Of a DNA stretch of 64,000 nucleotides, positions 50,081-59,999 are shown piece by piece (the stretch's first letter is position 1; each line of letters begins with the position of its first letter). The notes under the pieces are model-generated. The model saw nothing but the letters and a program-made list of their open reading frames with translations, was not told the DNA's origin and did not search any database. A program made the position numbers and the translations under genes. The stretch spans positions 1,024,001-1,088,000 of the forward strand of contig CAXXHO010000003.1 in NCBI GenBank assembly GCA_963667725.2, written 5' to 3'. This stretch comes from Treponemataceae bacterium. GTDB taxonomy: Bacteria > Spirochaetota > Spirochaetia > Treponematales > Rectinemataceae.

Positions 50081-50381
50081 TTCTATTTAAATAATATAGT
50101 TGGAATTAAACTTTTTTAAGGTCAGTTATTGTGCTCTTTATGTACTAATTTACTTACAAATTAATGCTGATATAACTTTTTCGGGGGCCTCTTTGATTAA
50201 TCAAAGCTAACAGTTCCAATCAATGCCGCAAATGTTACCCCCAATCCGAGCATAAACCCTATCCCAATTTCTATCATCGTCTGCCTAATAGGCTTTTTTT
50301 CCGCTTCGTCTCTGCAGCTCTATAATGAGCCCACCTGTCTAGACAGAAAAGAATCAGGAATAAGGTGGACACCTTCTCCTC

Positions 50382-51218
50382 TCATACAGCTTCTTTGAGT
50401 TCCCTTGCCGGGAACTTACTCCAATAAATAGTGTCTGGAGTTTCGTACTCCAGCGATTGATGGAATCGCTCACTGTTATAAAACCTAAGGTAGCGAGCAA
50501 GCCCATCTTTCAGCTCCGTCATAGTTCGGTAATCCTTGAGATAAATGTCCTCGTACTTCAAGGATCTCCAGAACCGTTCTACAAAGATATTGTCCAGCGC
50601 CCTGTTTACGCCATCCATGCTGATTTGTATTCCATGAGATTCCAGCACCGACACAAAGGCGTCAGAAGTAAACTGGCTTCCTTGATCTGTGTTAAAAATG
50701 CCTGGTACTCCGTAATGGGCAATTGCTTCTTCCAGTGCCGATACACAAAATTGGGCATCCATGGTGTTAGAAACCCGCCAGGACAGAATCTTCCTGGAAT
50801 ACAGGTCAATTATCGTAACCAGATAGACGTAACCGCCAGAAAGCTTGATATAGGTTATGTCAGACGCCCACACCTGATTCGGTAGCCAAATATTCATCCC
50901 CCTAAGTAAATAGGGGTATTTCTTGGAACCCTTGGACGGTTTGGAAAACTGAAGTCCAGGATAGATCGCCCGTAATCCGGCTTTCTTCATAATCCTTCGA
51001 ACTTGCTTTCGTGTAACGTCCAAATAGATCAGTTCCCTTGCTATTCTACGGTAACCGTAGAACGGTTTCTCTTTCAGCACCTCGAGGATAGCTTCCAGAA
51101 TAGCCAAATCATGATCTTCCGGAGCTTCCTTAGGCTGGTAGTAGTAAGATGATCGAGCTATCCCGAGGATCGTGCATTGCTGCGCTATTGAGAGCTCGGG
51201 ATGATCGGCTTCTACCAT
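50382..51218 (-). CDS. IS3 transposase OrfB
   Basis: Same as 29165-30001 except L>F in GLQ(L/F)SKP. Confidence 0.95.
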   Translation of the reverse strand: MVEADHPELSIAQQCTILGIARSSYYYQPKEAPEDHDLAILEAILEVLKEKPFYGYRRIARELIYLDVTRKQVRRIMKKAGLRAIYPGLQFSKPSKGSKKYPYLLRGMNIWLPNQVWASDITYIKLSGGYVYLVTIIDLYSRKILSWRVSNTMDAQFCVSALEEAIAHYGVPGIFNTDQGSQFTSDAFVSVLESHGIQISMDGVNRALDNIFVERFWRSLKYEDIYLKDYRTMTELKDGLARYLRFYNSERFHQSLEYETPDTIYWSKFPARELKEAV

Positions 51219-51514
51219 TTCGGATCGGTCCCGTACAGTTGTTTGTATTTTTTTTTAAGGTAGTCGTTCTCCACTTGGAGCTGTCCTATCTGTTTGTACA
51301 GTTCATCCTTTTGCCTCGTGGCGTCTTCTGTTGTTTTATCCTTCCCTTCTTTCTCAAAGAGCGCCGATGCGTGCTCCGAAAGTTGCCTTTTCCAGAGCGC
51401 GATCATGTTCGGATGGACCGAGTAAGTAATCGCCAGTTCCTGCAGAGTCTTTTCGCCCTTCAGGGCTTCCAAGGCTACTTTGGCCTTGAATTCTTTGTCG
51501 TACCGCTTTCTCAT
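51212..51514 (-). CDS. IS3 transposase OrfA
   Basis: Protein identical to copy 1. Confidence 0.92.
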   Translation of the reverse strand: MRKRYDKEFKAKVALEALKGEKTLQELAITYSVHPNMIALWKRQLSEHASALFEKEGKDKTTEDATRQKDELYKQIGQLQVENDYLKKKYKQLYGTDPKW

Positions 51515-51608
51515 AGCTAACTCTATGCCTCCTTCTTTCCGTTCTGCAAGGAGGAGCGGTCCACTTTATATTGTCTCTATTCCTGTCCAGTTATCGCGGC
51601 TCATTATA

Positions 51609-52288
51609 ATATCAGCCCATTGCAAACCACGGATCTCGCCCATTCTCATGCCACAGAGAGAGCCGAGATATACCGCGGCTTTTGCCCTTGGCTCGTACTC
51701 ATCGAGGTTGAGAAGCTTTCCCAGCTCCTTCCTGTCAATTATGCCCCGCTCATTCGGCGTCTCTGGGAGCTTCTCGAAGCCGAAAAAGGGATTCGGTAGT
51801 CTGTTCTGACGCGCATGCCATCGGACGGGCACAGAGATCGTTTGTATCCTGATATTGATCGATCGTTCACAGATGCCCCGCTTTTCAAGATGTTCGATGA
51901 CGTTTTCAAGGAAGCCAGTGTTCACGGAGCTTAATCGCTTCTTGATACAGAGCTCCTTGAGCTGCTTCTCGACTATATCTGCCGATTGCTTGATATATTG
52001 CTCTGAGAGGGGGTGTTTTCGCCTTGTTTTTGCCTTTGCGTAGTCCGAGTCAGACTTCCAGAAATTTATGAGGAAGTCATAGAGGAATGGGTCATTAGCC
52101 CGCGAGACGATCCCTTCCTTTAAAAGACGGTCAGCTTCACGTACGGCCTGGCATTTTGTATGAATTCCAGGGGCCTGAATTGTTGTTGAGCGCATAACGC
52201 TGCCGTCCGGATTGAGAAACCTTGCGATGAATCGTTTTCTGCCGTCGGGGAGGGTTCTTGTTACGATGAAGAAGGGTGAAACCGCCAT
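51609..52288 (-). pseudogene. Tyrosine integrase, C-terminally truncated by IS
   Basis: Box I CGMRMGEIRGLQWADI runs straight into the IS IR; HxxR and catalytic Tyr are absent. Confidence 0.9.
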
Positions 52289-52413
52289 GGGGGCCTCCGT
52301 TGAAGGACCCTGGTACCGTTACGTATCATTTTACGTATCACTGGCGGTTTAAGAGAAAAACGGCAACAAACCAGTTTCTCTTAAAGTTTTATGCTGCAAA
52401 GACTTAGTAATAG

Positions 52414-52485
52414 AGCGACCGATGGGAGTCGAACCCACGTCTCCAGCTTGGAAGGCTGGGGTAATAGCCGTTATACGACGGTCGC
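52414..52485 (-). tRNA. tRNA-Gly(TCC), CCA not encoded
   Basis: GCGACCG...CCAGC-CT-TCC-AA-GCTGG...GTGGGTTCGACTCCCAT-CGGTCGC-T cloverleaf. Confidence 0.97.
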
Positions 52486-52597
52486 GATCAGGCCGTCGCA
52501 AAACGACGGTCTCGATTCAGCATTGGATATGTATAATTTTTAGCTTGATATGTCAAGCCCATTCCAGGGAAACATCCGTAAAATACCCTAATAAGGA

Positions 52598-52626
52598 TTG
52601 ACGATCATCGAATTCAAGAATATAAA
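52598..52626 (+). promoter_or_regulatory. Sigma70 promoter of the V-ATPase operon
   Basis: TTGACG-17-TATAAA. Confidence 0.6.
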
Positions 52627-52699
52627 AGACAATGCCCTAAAGTGAGCTGGATAGCTTCAAATTCCAATACAATCGTCGCGAGACAAGGATAGCAGCCGT

Positions 52700-53323
52700 A
52701 TGGAACTACAAGTTCAGGAACTTCTCAATAGAATTAAAGCCGAGGGAGTGGACGAAGCCCGCGCCGAGGCCGAAAGGATTATTGCGGACGCGGAAAAAAA
52801 GGCCGAAGCCATCGCAAGCAAGGCGGAGAAGAAAGCCGCCGAGCTCGAAACCGGGGCGAAGACCAGGATTGAGGCTATGGAAAAAGCATCCAGGCTGGCG
52901 CTTGTCCAAGCTTCCAGGGATACTATCCTCGCGCTGAGGGGGAAGGTTCAGGATTTTATGCGCAATGCCATCCTGACGACTAGCTCGGATGTCATGGATG
53001 CCGCGTTCATTGCCGGGCTGCTTCCTGAACTTCTCAAATCCATTGCCAAGGAAACCGAAGGCGATCTCAGCGTCCTTCTGCCTTCCGAAACCCTAAAGTC
53101 CCTGGATGGCGCACTCGCCAATAGGCTTTCCAAGGAGCTTGGCAAAGGCGTCCAATTTAAACCTTTTGATGGAATCGACGCGGGATTCCGGGTCGCGGTT
53201 CAAGCTTCATCCGCGCAGTACGATTTTTCGGCTGAATCCGTCGCCGAGATTCTGGCTTCTCGCGTGAACGCGCGGCTTGCCGAATGCGTCAAAGCTTCCC
53301 TCGCGGAGGACAAGCTTTCGTGA
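52700..53323 (+). CDS. V-type ATP synthase subunit E
   Basis: MELQVQELLNRIKAEGV coiled coil; first gene of the operon. Confidence 0.88.
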   Translation: MELQVQELLNRIKAEGVDEARAEAERIIADAEKKAEAIASKAEKKAAELETGAKTRIEAMEKASRLALVQASRDTILALRGKVQDFMRNAILTTSSDVMDAAFIAGLLPELLKSIAKETEGDLSVLLPSETLKSLDGALANRLSKELGKGVQFKPFDGIDAGFRVAVQASSAQYDFSAESVAEILASRVNARLAECVKASLAEDKLS

Positions 53324-53904
53324 GCCGTTACTGGTTTTTGTCGGCGACATTGCCTGGTTTGTTGTTTGGGGCAACGCCACCCATGTCGGGAGACGAATTT
53401 CTGATACTCTGCGAGAGGAATATGTCCCCTGAGGACTATGCGGAAACCGTCTCAGCCATCGGGTATTTGAACAGCGACCGGGTTCCCGAAAGAATGAAGT
53501 CATCTTTTTTATCCAGTTTCGTGGCTTGGGAACGAACCTTCCGGAACGGGCTCGCCCGACTGAGAGCCAGGCGGCAAAACCGCAGCGAGGACGAATTCAT
53601 AAGGCCCTCAAAGCGTTCGGATGAGGCTGAAAGCATTGCCGCCTCATGTTTCGCGATCGATGATCCCTACCAGGCCGAACTCAATCTGGAGAGGGAACGC
53701 TGGAACGCGATAGAGAGGCTTTCGTCGCTTTCATCATTTGATCTCGATTTTATCATCGCCTATAGGCTGAAGCTGGCGATTAACGAACGACTTGAGCGGC
53801 TGAACGCCGAGACCGGGAGCGTCGGGTATCGTCGTCTTTATGGCGATATCCTCGACAAGGCATCCCGAACTGCCGAAACAGATAACCTGGGAGAAAAGGC
53901 ATGA
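53320..53904 (+). CDS. V-ATPase associated subunit (DUF2764/subunit C-like)
   Basis: GTG start overlapping the E stop; YWFLSATLP, WER.FRN.LA.LR, FDLD.IIAY.LKL. Confidence 0.8.
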   Translation: MSRYWFLSATLPGLLFGATPPMSGDEFLILCERNMSPEDYAETVSAIGYLNSDRVPERMKSSFLSSFVAWERTFRNGLARLRARRQNRSEDEFIRPSKRSDEAESIAASCFAIDDPYQAELNLERERWNAIERLSSLSSFDLDFIIAYRLKLAINERLERLNAETGSVGYRRLYGDILDKASRTAETDNLGEKA

Positions 53905-55670
53905 GCCAAAAAAGCGGGCGCGTGGTTGCGGTTAACGGGAATATGGTTTCCGTTCGTTTTGAAGGCAATGTGGCCATGAACGAAGTGGCCTATATTCTTT
54001 CCAACGAGAAAAAGCTAAAGAGCGAAGTCATCAGGATCAGGGGCAGCGAAGCTCAAGTTCAGGTCTACGAGATGACGAAGGGCATTCGCATCGGTGACGG
54101 CGTTGAGTTCACCGACCTGATGCTCTCCGTCGAACTGGGGCCGGGCTTGTTGGGGCAGATCTATGACGGTCTCCAGAATCCTCTTCCGCAGATCGCCGAG
54201 AAAACCGGATACTTCCTCGAATCGGGCGTTTATCTCAAGGCACTCTCCAGATCCCTGAAATGGACCTTCACGCCCTCAGTCAAGACTGGTGACATCCTTC
54301 GCCGAGGCGATTCTATCGGTTCGGTTCCCGAAAGGCACTTTACCCATAGGATAATGCTTCCCTTCGATTTTTTCGGCGAATGGAAGATAGTGAGCATAGC
54401 CGAGAAGGGAGAATACGCTATCGACGAGACAATCGCCGTCGTCGAGGACGCTCGCGGAACGAAGAAGAATCTGAGCATGGTCTTCTCGTGGCCGGTTAAG
54501 CGCGCCATCGACTGTTATGTCGAGCGGCTCAAGCCGGAACAGCCCATGGTCACCAAGACCAGGATCATCGACACCTTCTTTCCTGTGGCCAAGGGCGGCA
54601 CGTACTGCATTCCTGGGCCTTTCGGCGCCGGCAAGACGGTGCTCCAGCAAGTTACCAGCCGCTATGCCGACGTGGATATCGTCATCCTGGCGGCTTGTGG
54701 CGAGCGAGCCGGAGAAGTGGTCGAGACCCTGAAGGAATTCCCGGAAATCACCGACCCCCGAACGGGAAAATCGCTGATGGAACGCACCATCATCATATGC
54801 AACACCTCGAGCATGCCGGTAGCCTCCAGGGAGGCTTCCGTATACACGGCCGTCACGCTCGCCGAATACTATCGTCAGATGGGATTCAACGTACTTCTTC
54901 TCGCGGACTCGACAAGCCGCTGGGCTCAGGCCATGCGCGAAATGTCGGGACGTCTGGAGGAGATCCCCGGCGAGGAAGCTTTCCCCGCCTATCTCGAATC
55001 GGTAATCGCGGCCTTCTACGAGCGCGCTGGCATCGTTCGCCTGGCGGACGGCAGTTTCGGCTCGGTGACCATCGGCGGTACGGTTTCCCCCGCGGGCGGC
55101 AACTTCGAGGAGCCTGTGACCCAGGCGACGCTCAAGGTTGTCGGGGCTTTCCATGGCCTTTCGAGAGAACGTTCCGACGCGCGCAAGTATCCGGCCATCC
55201 ATCCACTCGATTCCTGGTCGAAATACCCCGGGATCATGCCCAAGGAAACGGTTGAGTATGCCCACTCCTTCCTCGAGCGGAGCGCCGAGGTTGGGGCCAT
55301 GATGAAGGTAGTCGGCGAAGAAGGAACGAGCCTTGAGGATTATACTGTCTATCTCAAGGGTGAATTCCTGGATGCGGTATATCTGCAGCAGAACTCCTTC
55401 GACCCGGTGGACTCGTCCGTTTCTCCGGAGCGACAGAGAAAGATGTTCCGTCTTGTACTCAGCATCCTCGCCGCCGCCCTGCAGGTAAAGGACAAGGAAG
55501 ACGCCCGCTCCTGGTTCTATGAAGTTCGCCAGGTTTTCATGGATCTCAATGGCTCCAAGGAAAGCTCCGAGCTGTACGGTCAGTCGCTCGCCAAGATCGA
55601 GAAAGCATTGGCAGAGCGCAAGCCAGAATACGATGCCGAGGCTAAAAGCATCCTCGCGAGACTGGAGTAA
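53901..55670 (+). CDS. V-type ATP synthase subunit A
   Basis: GPFGAGKT, CGERAGE, PGEEAFPAYL. Confidence 0.97.
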   Translation: MSQKSGRVVAVNGNMVSVRFEGNVAMNEVAYILSNEKKLKSEVIRIRGSEAQVQVYEMTKGIRIGDGVEFTDLMLSVELGPGLLGQIYDGLQNPLPQIAEKTGYFLESGVYLKALSRSLKWTFTPSVKTGDILRRGDSIGSVPERHFTHRIMLPFDFFGEWKIVSIAEKGEYAIDETIAVVEDARGTKKNLSMVFSWPVKRAIDCYVERLKPEQPMVTKTRIIDTFFPVAKGGTYCIPGPFGAGKTVLQQVTSRYADVDIVILAACGERAGEVVETLKEFPEITDPRTGKSLMERTIIICNTSSMPVASREASVYTAVTLAEYYRQMGFNVLLLADSTSRWAQAMREMSGRLEEIPGEEAFPAYLESVIAAFYERAGIVRLADGSFGSVTIGGTVSPAGGNFEEPVTQATLKVVGAFHGLSRERSDARKYPAIHPLDSWSKYPGIMPKETVEYAHSFLERSAEVGAMMKVVGEEGTSLEDYTVYLKGEFLDAVYLQQNSFDPVDSSVSPERQRKMFRLVLSILAAALQVKDKEDARSWFYEVRQVFMDLNGSKESSELYGQSLAKIEKALAERKPEYDAEAKSILARLE

Positions 55671-55673
55671 ACG

Positions 55674-57005
55674 ATGAATAAAGTCTATTCGCATATAGAA
55701 TCGATCACCGGAAACGTGATCTCAGTCCGCGCCGACAATATCGCTTACGGCGAGCTGGCCGAAGTGACGAGCCGCTACGGGCTCTCCCTCGCTGAGACCA
55801 TCCGCTTGGATAAGGATCTTGTCTTTCTCCAGGTTTTCGCCGGCGGCAGAGGCATCTCCACGGGCGACGAAGTCCGATTTTTAGGCCATCCTATGCAGGT
55901 CAGTTTTTCCGACAACCTGATGGGAAGGATTTTCAACGGAGCAGGGGAGCCGCGCGACGGCGGGCCCGTCCTGAGCGACAATATGATCACGATAGGCGGT
56001 CCTTCGGTTAACCCCTACAAGCGCATCATCCCCAGGGAGATGATACGCACCGGCATACCCATGATCGATCTTTTCAATACGCTCGTCAAAAGCCAGAAGC
56101 TCCCGATTTTCTCCGTATCAGGCGAACCGTATAACCAGCTGCTGGCCCGCATCGCCATGCAGGCCGAAGTCGATCTTATCGTCCTCGGCGGCATGGGCCT
56201 GAAATTCGACGATTATCTGTTCTTCAGGGATACGCTGGAAGAAGGCGGTTCCCTCGCCAAGACGATCATGTTCGTCCATACGGCCGCGGACCCCGTCGTC
56301 GAGTGCCTCCAGGTTCCCGACATAGCCTTGGCGGTCGCCGAAAAGTTCGCCCTCAAGGGTAAAAATGTCCTTGTCCTTCTCACTGACATGACGAACTTCG
56401 CCGACGCGCTCAAGGAAATCGCCATAACGCAGGAACAGGTGCCTTCCAATCGCGGATATCCGGGCGATCTCTACTCCCAGCTCGCCGCACGCTACGAAAA
56501 GGCCGTCGATTTCGCCGACGCTGGCTCCATTACGACACTTGCCGTCACGACAATGCCGGGCGACGATGTCACCCACCCGATTCCCGACAATACAGGATAC
56601 ATCACTGAAGGCCAGTTCTACCTCCATGGAGGCAGAATCGAGCCCTTCGGATCGCTTTCGCGCCTGAAGCAGATGGTCAACGGCAAGACACGAGAAGATC
56701 ACCGCGCCATCATGGACGGCATGATCAAGCTTTTCGCGGCCTATCGCGATACGCTCGAGAAAAAATCCATGGGTTTCCAGATGACAGCATGGGACAAGAA
56801 ACTGCTCAAGTACGGCGAGCAGTTCGAGACGAAGATGATGGATCTTTCCGTCAACATTCCCTTGGAAAAAGCCCTCGACGAGGGATGGGAAATCCTTGCC
56901 TCCTGCTTTGAACCGAGGGAGACGGGACTGAGATCGGATTTGATTCAGAAATTCTGGCCGGCTTCACAGGTTGCCGGAACGGAAAAAACAAGCAAGAACG
57001 AGTAG
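55674..57005 (+). CDS. V-type ATP synthase subunit B
   Basis: [28 protein letters not shown]. Confidence 0.97.
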   Translation: MNKVYSHIESITGNVISVRADNIAYGELAEVTSRYGLSLAETIRLDKDLVFLQVFAGGRGISTGDEVRFLGHPMQVSFSDNLMGRIFNGAGEPRDGGPVLSDNMITIGGPSVNPYKRIIPREMIRTGIPMIDLFNTLVKSQKLPIFSVSGEPYNQLLARIAMQAEVDLIVLGGMGLKFDDYLFFRDTLEEGGSLAKTIMFVHTAADPVVECLQVPDIALAVAEKFALKGKNVLVLLTDMTNFADALKEIAITQEQVPSNRGYPGDLYSQLAARYEKAVDFADAGSITTLAVTTMPGDDVTHPIPDNTGYITEGQFYLHGGRIEPFGSLSRLKQMVNGKTREDHRAIMDGMIKLFAAYRDTLEKKSMGFQMTAWDKKLLKYGEQFETKMMDLSVNIPLEKALDEGWEILASCFEPRETGLRSDLIQKFWPASQVAGTEKTSKNE

Positions 57006-57025
57006 GGGATTCGGAGACAAGGGCT

Positions 57026-57640
57026 ATGGCCAAGATAAAGCTGACCAAGAACGAGCTGAAAAAGCAGAAAGACGCCCTCAAAATGTACCAGAGGTATCTT
57101 CCGACGCTCCAGCTCAAGAAACAGCAGCTCCAGATGGAGATACGAGGCGTGGAAGCGCGCCTTGCCCAGCTGATTGCCACAAAAGAAGCGCTTGAACGGC
57201 AGTTTTCGTCCTGGGTCGCCGTTTTCTCTGAAGAGGATGCAGCCAGATCCGCTTCGGGCATGCCGCTCCTCTCGCTCAAATCGATCAGAACTTCGGAGGG
57301 CAATATCGCGGGGGTTATGATACCGGTTTTCGAGGATGCGGAATTCGAGCTGAGCGCCTACGACTATTTCCAGAAGCCGCTCTGGGTGGACAGGGCCCTT
57401 CAGCTTATGAAGCAGGTTCTTTTGACCGACGCGGAATTCCAGGTCGTGGAAAAGCAGAAAAACCTGCTCGCCGCCGAGCTTCGCATAACGAACCAGCGGG
57501 TGAATCTCTTCGAAAAGGTAAAAATCCCGGAAACGCAAAACGCGATTAAGATGATTCGCATCTATTTGGGAGACCAACAGACGGCCCAAGTCGTCCGAGG
57601 AAAGATATCCAAGAAAAAAGTAGAGGGACGTGAAGAATGA
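57026..57640 (+). CDS. V-type ATP synthase subunit D
   Basis: LTKNELKKQK..L, QRVNLFEKVKIP. Confidence 0.95.
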   Translation: MAKIKLTKNELKKQKDALKMYQRYLPTLQLKKQQLQMEIRGVEARLAQLIATKEALERQFSSWVAVFSEEDAARSASGMPLLSLKSIRTSEGNIAGVMIPVFEDAEFELSAYDYFQKPLWVDRALQLMKQVLLTDAEFQVVEKQKNLLAAELRITNQRVNLFEKVKIPETQNAIKMIRIYLGDQQTAQVVRGKISKKKVEGREE

Positions 57641-59496
57641 TCGCACCGATGAAAAAATTTCTTCTCATCCTCCTCAACAAGGACGTGCATGCCGCGCCAA
57701 TTTACCTGCGTAAGCTTGGGATTGTCCATATCGAGAAATTCCAGAGTTCAGGAGAATCCTGTTCCGCCCTCGAAACGGCGTTGAAGAACGCTCAGAACAC
57801 CAAAGGCATATTGGTTTCGAACCTCGACAGGAAGAAGGGCGGCGTGCCCGATACGACGCTTAAAGCGATTGATGTGATTAATTCTACAATATCGAACCAA
57901 ACCGCCGTCTCCGCTCTTCAGGACAGAATCTCTGACCTCAGTAGGGAATCTGACAGAATACGCAGCTGGGGAGAATTCACTCTCGAACTCCTCGACGAGC
58001 TCAGGCAGTTTGGCATCACGATCAGACTTCTGGAAGGTCAGCCGCAGCGGATCGCGGAAATCGGCGAAGGCGCCGATTACATCAGACTCTTTGCCCCAAA
58101 AGGGAAGGCGAGAATAGCTTTGCTTGGCGAGGGTCAGGTTCCAAGCGGATTCGAGGAATTCAGACTTCCCGAACTGAACCTCTCCAGCCTTGAAAAAGAA
58201 ATTTCCGAGTGCGAGAAAAGCCTCGCTGAGAAAAAATCGGAACTCGGGCGTTTGGCGTATAATATCGAAGCCATCGACCGTGAAATTAGACGGATCGAAT
58301 CGGCCTTGACGATCGAAAGCCTTCGCGCCGGCATGCCCAAGGATGATACGCTCCGCTATCTGTCCGGCTATGTCCCGGCGAAAGTGGCTGATACGTTGAA
58401 AGAGGAAGCCGTGAGGCGCGGATGGGCGATCGCTCTCGACGACCCTTCGGATGACGAACTGCCGCCTACGAAAGTCGAAAATAACGCTGTCGTGCGCATG
58501 ATCCAGCCGGTGCTCGATTTTATTGGCATTGTGCCCAATTATCGTGAATACGATACTTCCCTTTGGTTTCTCGGTTTTTTCTCCCTCTATTTTGCGATGA
58601 TATTCGGCGATGGGGGGTATGGCGTCATACTGTTCGCGCTCGCCTTCACCATGCTGCTGAAGAGCAAAAAAGAAAAAAAACCTCTCCCTGATTTCGGCAG
58701 ACTGCTGTTCGTTTTGAGCGGAATGACGATTCTATGGGGATTGGCCACCGGTACCTGGTTCGCGGTTCCGTTTGAATCCCTCCCCGCCATGCTGAAGACC
58801 TTATCCCTGCCGGCGCTGAACGGCGCCAACCCGGACGCTGGGACGAATACGAAAATATTCTGCTTCATTGTTGGCGCGCTTCAGCTTTCCCTGGCGCATA
58901 TAAAGAACATCAAGAGGGATTTCCCGAATCCAAAGTTCCTGTCGCAGGTGGGATCGCTTGCCATGGTCATCGGCATGTTCGACGCGGTGCTCAACCTGGT
59001 CATAGACGCGACACGCTTTCCCTTGCAGGGCTGGGCTCTGGCGCTTATCGGCGGCGGATTCCTGCTCGTTTTCATCTTTGGAAACTGGAACGGCAATCTT
59101 ATCAGGGCCATACTTGATGGATTGAAAGGGATTATCCCCACTTTCCTGGGCGTCGTCAGCGTCTTCGCCGACATCGTCTCCTACATCCGCCTCTGGGCTG
59201 TCGGCCTGGCGGGGCTCGCGATCTCGCAGACCGTCAACGGAATGGCGGTGAATATGTTCGGGCCGCAGGGCGGCAGCATCGTAACCTTCTTGATAGGCGG
59301 ACTTGTCGCCGTCGTCCTTCTCTTCGTGGGGCATGGCATCAACCTCGTTATGAGCGTGCTCTCAGTCCTCGTCCACGGCATCAGGCTCAATATTCTCGAG
59401 TTTTCCAGCCACCTGGGAATGGAATGGTCTGGATATAAATATGAACCCCTCAGCGAATCGGCCGAGGAGAGAAACGTACAGGAGAACATCATATGA
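57637..59496 (+). CDS. V-type ATP synthase subunit I
   Basis: FAMIFGDGGYG, SYIRLWAVGLA, HGIRLNILEF. Confidence 0.95.
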   Translation: MIAPMKKFLLILLNKDVHAAPIYLRKLGIVHIEKFQSSGESCSALETALKNAQNTKGILVSNLDRKKGGVPDTTLKAIDVINSTISNQTAVSALQDRISDLSRESDRIRSWGEFTLELLDELRQFGITIRLLEGQPQRIAEIGEGADYIRLFAPKGKARIALLGEGQVPSGFEEFRLPELNLSSLEKEISECEKSLAEKKSELGRLAYNIEAIDREIRRIESALTIESLRAGMPKDDTLRYLSGYVPAKVADTLKEEAVRRGWAIALDDPSDDELPPTKVENNAVVRMIQPVLDFIGIVPNYREYDTSLWFLGFFSLYFAMIFGDGGYGVILFALAFTMLLKSKKEKKPLPDFGRLLFVLSGMTILWGLATGTWFAVPFESLPAMLKTLSLPALNGANPDAGTNTKIFCFIVGALQLSLAHIKNIKRDFPNPKFLSQVGSLAMVIGMFDAVLNLVIDATRFPLQGWALALIGGGFLLVFIFGNWNGNLIRAILDGLKGIIPTFLGVVSVFADIVSYIRLWAVGLAGLAISQTVNGMAVNMFGPQGGSIVTFLIGGLVAVVLLFVGHGINLVMSVLSVLVHGIRLNILEFSSHLGMEWSGYKYEPLSESAEERNVQENII

Positions 59497-59915
59497 ACAT
59501 TGCCATGATCGGCGCGGCGTGCGTGCTCGGGTTTTCTGCCATCGGTTCTGCGCTTGGAGCGGCCGTTGCGGGACAGGCAGCGATCGGTTCCTGGAAAAGA
59601 TCCTACATGAACAACAAGCAGGCTTCCTTCCTCTTGGTCGCCTTTGCCGGCGCGCCCCTTACCCAGACGATTTACGGGTTTATCCTCATGAACAAAATGC
59701 TCAGTTCAACGAAAGAGCCGCTTCTGCTCTGCGCAGCGGGCATTATGGGCGGAATAGCCATGGGAATGTCGGCGTTGGCTCAAGGACAGGCTTCGGCCGC
59801 GGGATGCGATGCCTTCGGCGAGACCGGCAAAGGCTTTGCCAACTACATGATGGTTGTCGGCCTCTGCGAAACCGTAGCGCTTTTCGTGATGGCCTTCACC
59901 TTCGGAGCGATCTGA
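59493..59915 (+). CDS. V-type ATP synthase subunit K (4-TM proteolipid)
   Basis: PLTQTIYG, QG, GLCETVALF. Confidence 0.95.
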   Translation: MNIAMIGAACVLGFSAIGSALGAAVAGQAAIGSWKRSYMNNKQASFLLVAFAGAPLTQTIYGFILMNKMLSSTKEPLLLCAAGIMGGIAMGMSALAQGQASAAGCDAFGETGKGFANYMMVVGLCETVALFVMAFTFGAI

Positions 59916-59999
59916 CGGTTCCGAGGCGCCGCCCGCCCGCCCCGCGGCAGAAATGTCCGCCCCGGGCAAGCGGGCGGCGCCTGACCCTCAAAGCACCAT

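Larger units (their letters stand above)
50321..51608 (-). mobile_element. IS3-family insertion sequence, copy 2 (inverted)
   Basis: Reverse complement of 28775-30062 with at least 3 substitutions. Confidence 0.95.

Noticed and set aside
51566..51608. Integrase C-terminus IMSRDNWTGIETI
   Set aside because: Read-through into the IS inverted repeat, not native sequence
32536..52435. Fragment at 32536 as the attR partner of tRNA-Gly
   Set aside because: Acceptor strands differ (CACCTCCA vs CGGTCGCT); only the generic T-arm matches
54276..55694. 472-aa antisense ORF and many similar track ORFs (e.g. 360-902, 62093-62974, 63011-63667)
   Set aside because: Shadows of real GC-rich genes (V-ATPase A, ppdK, mfd) with no recognisable motifs
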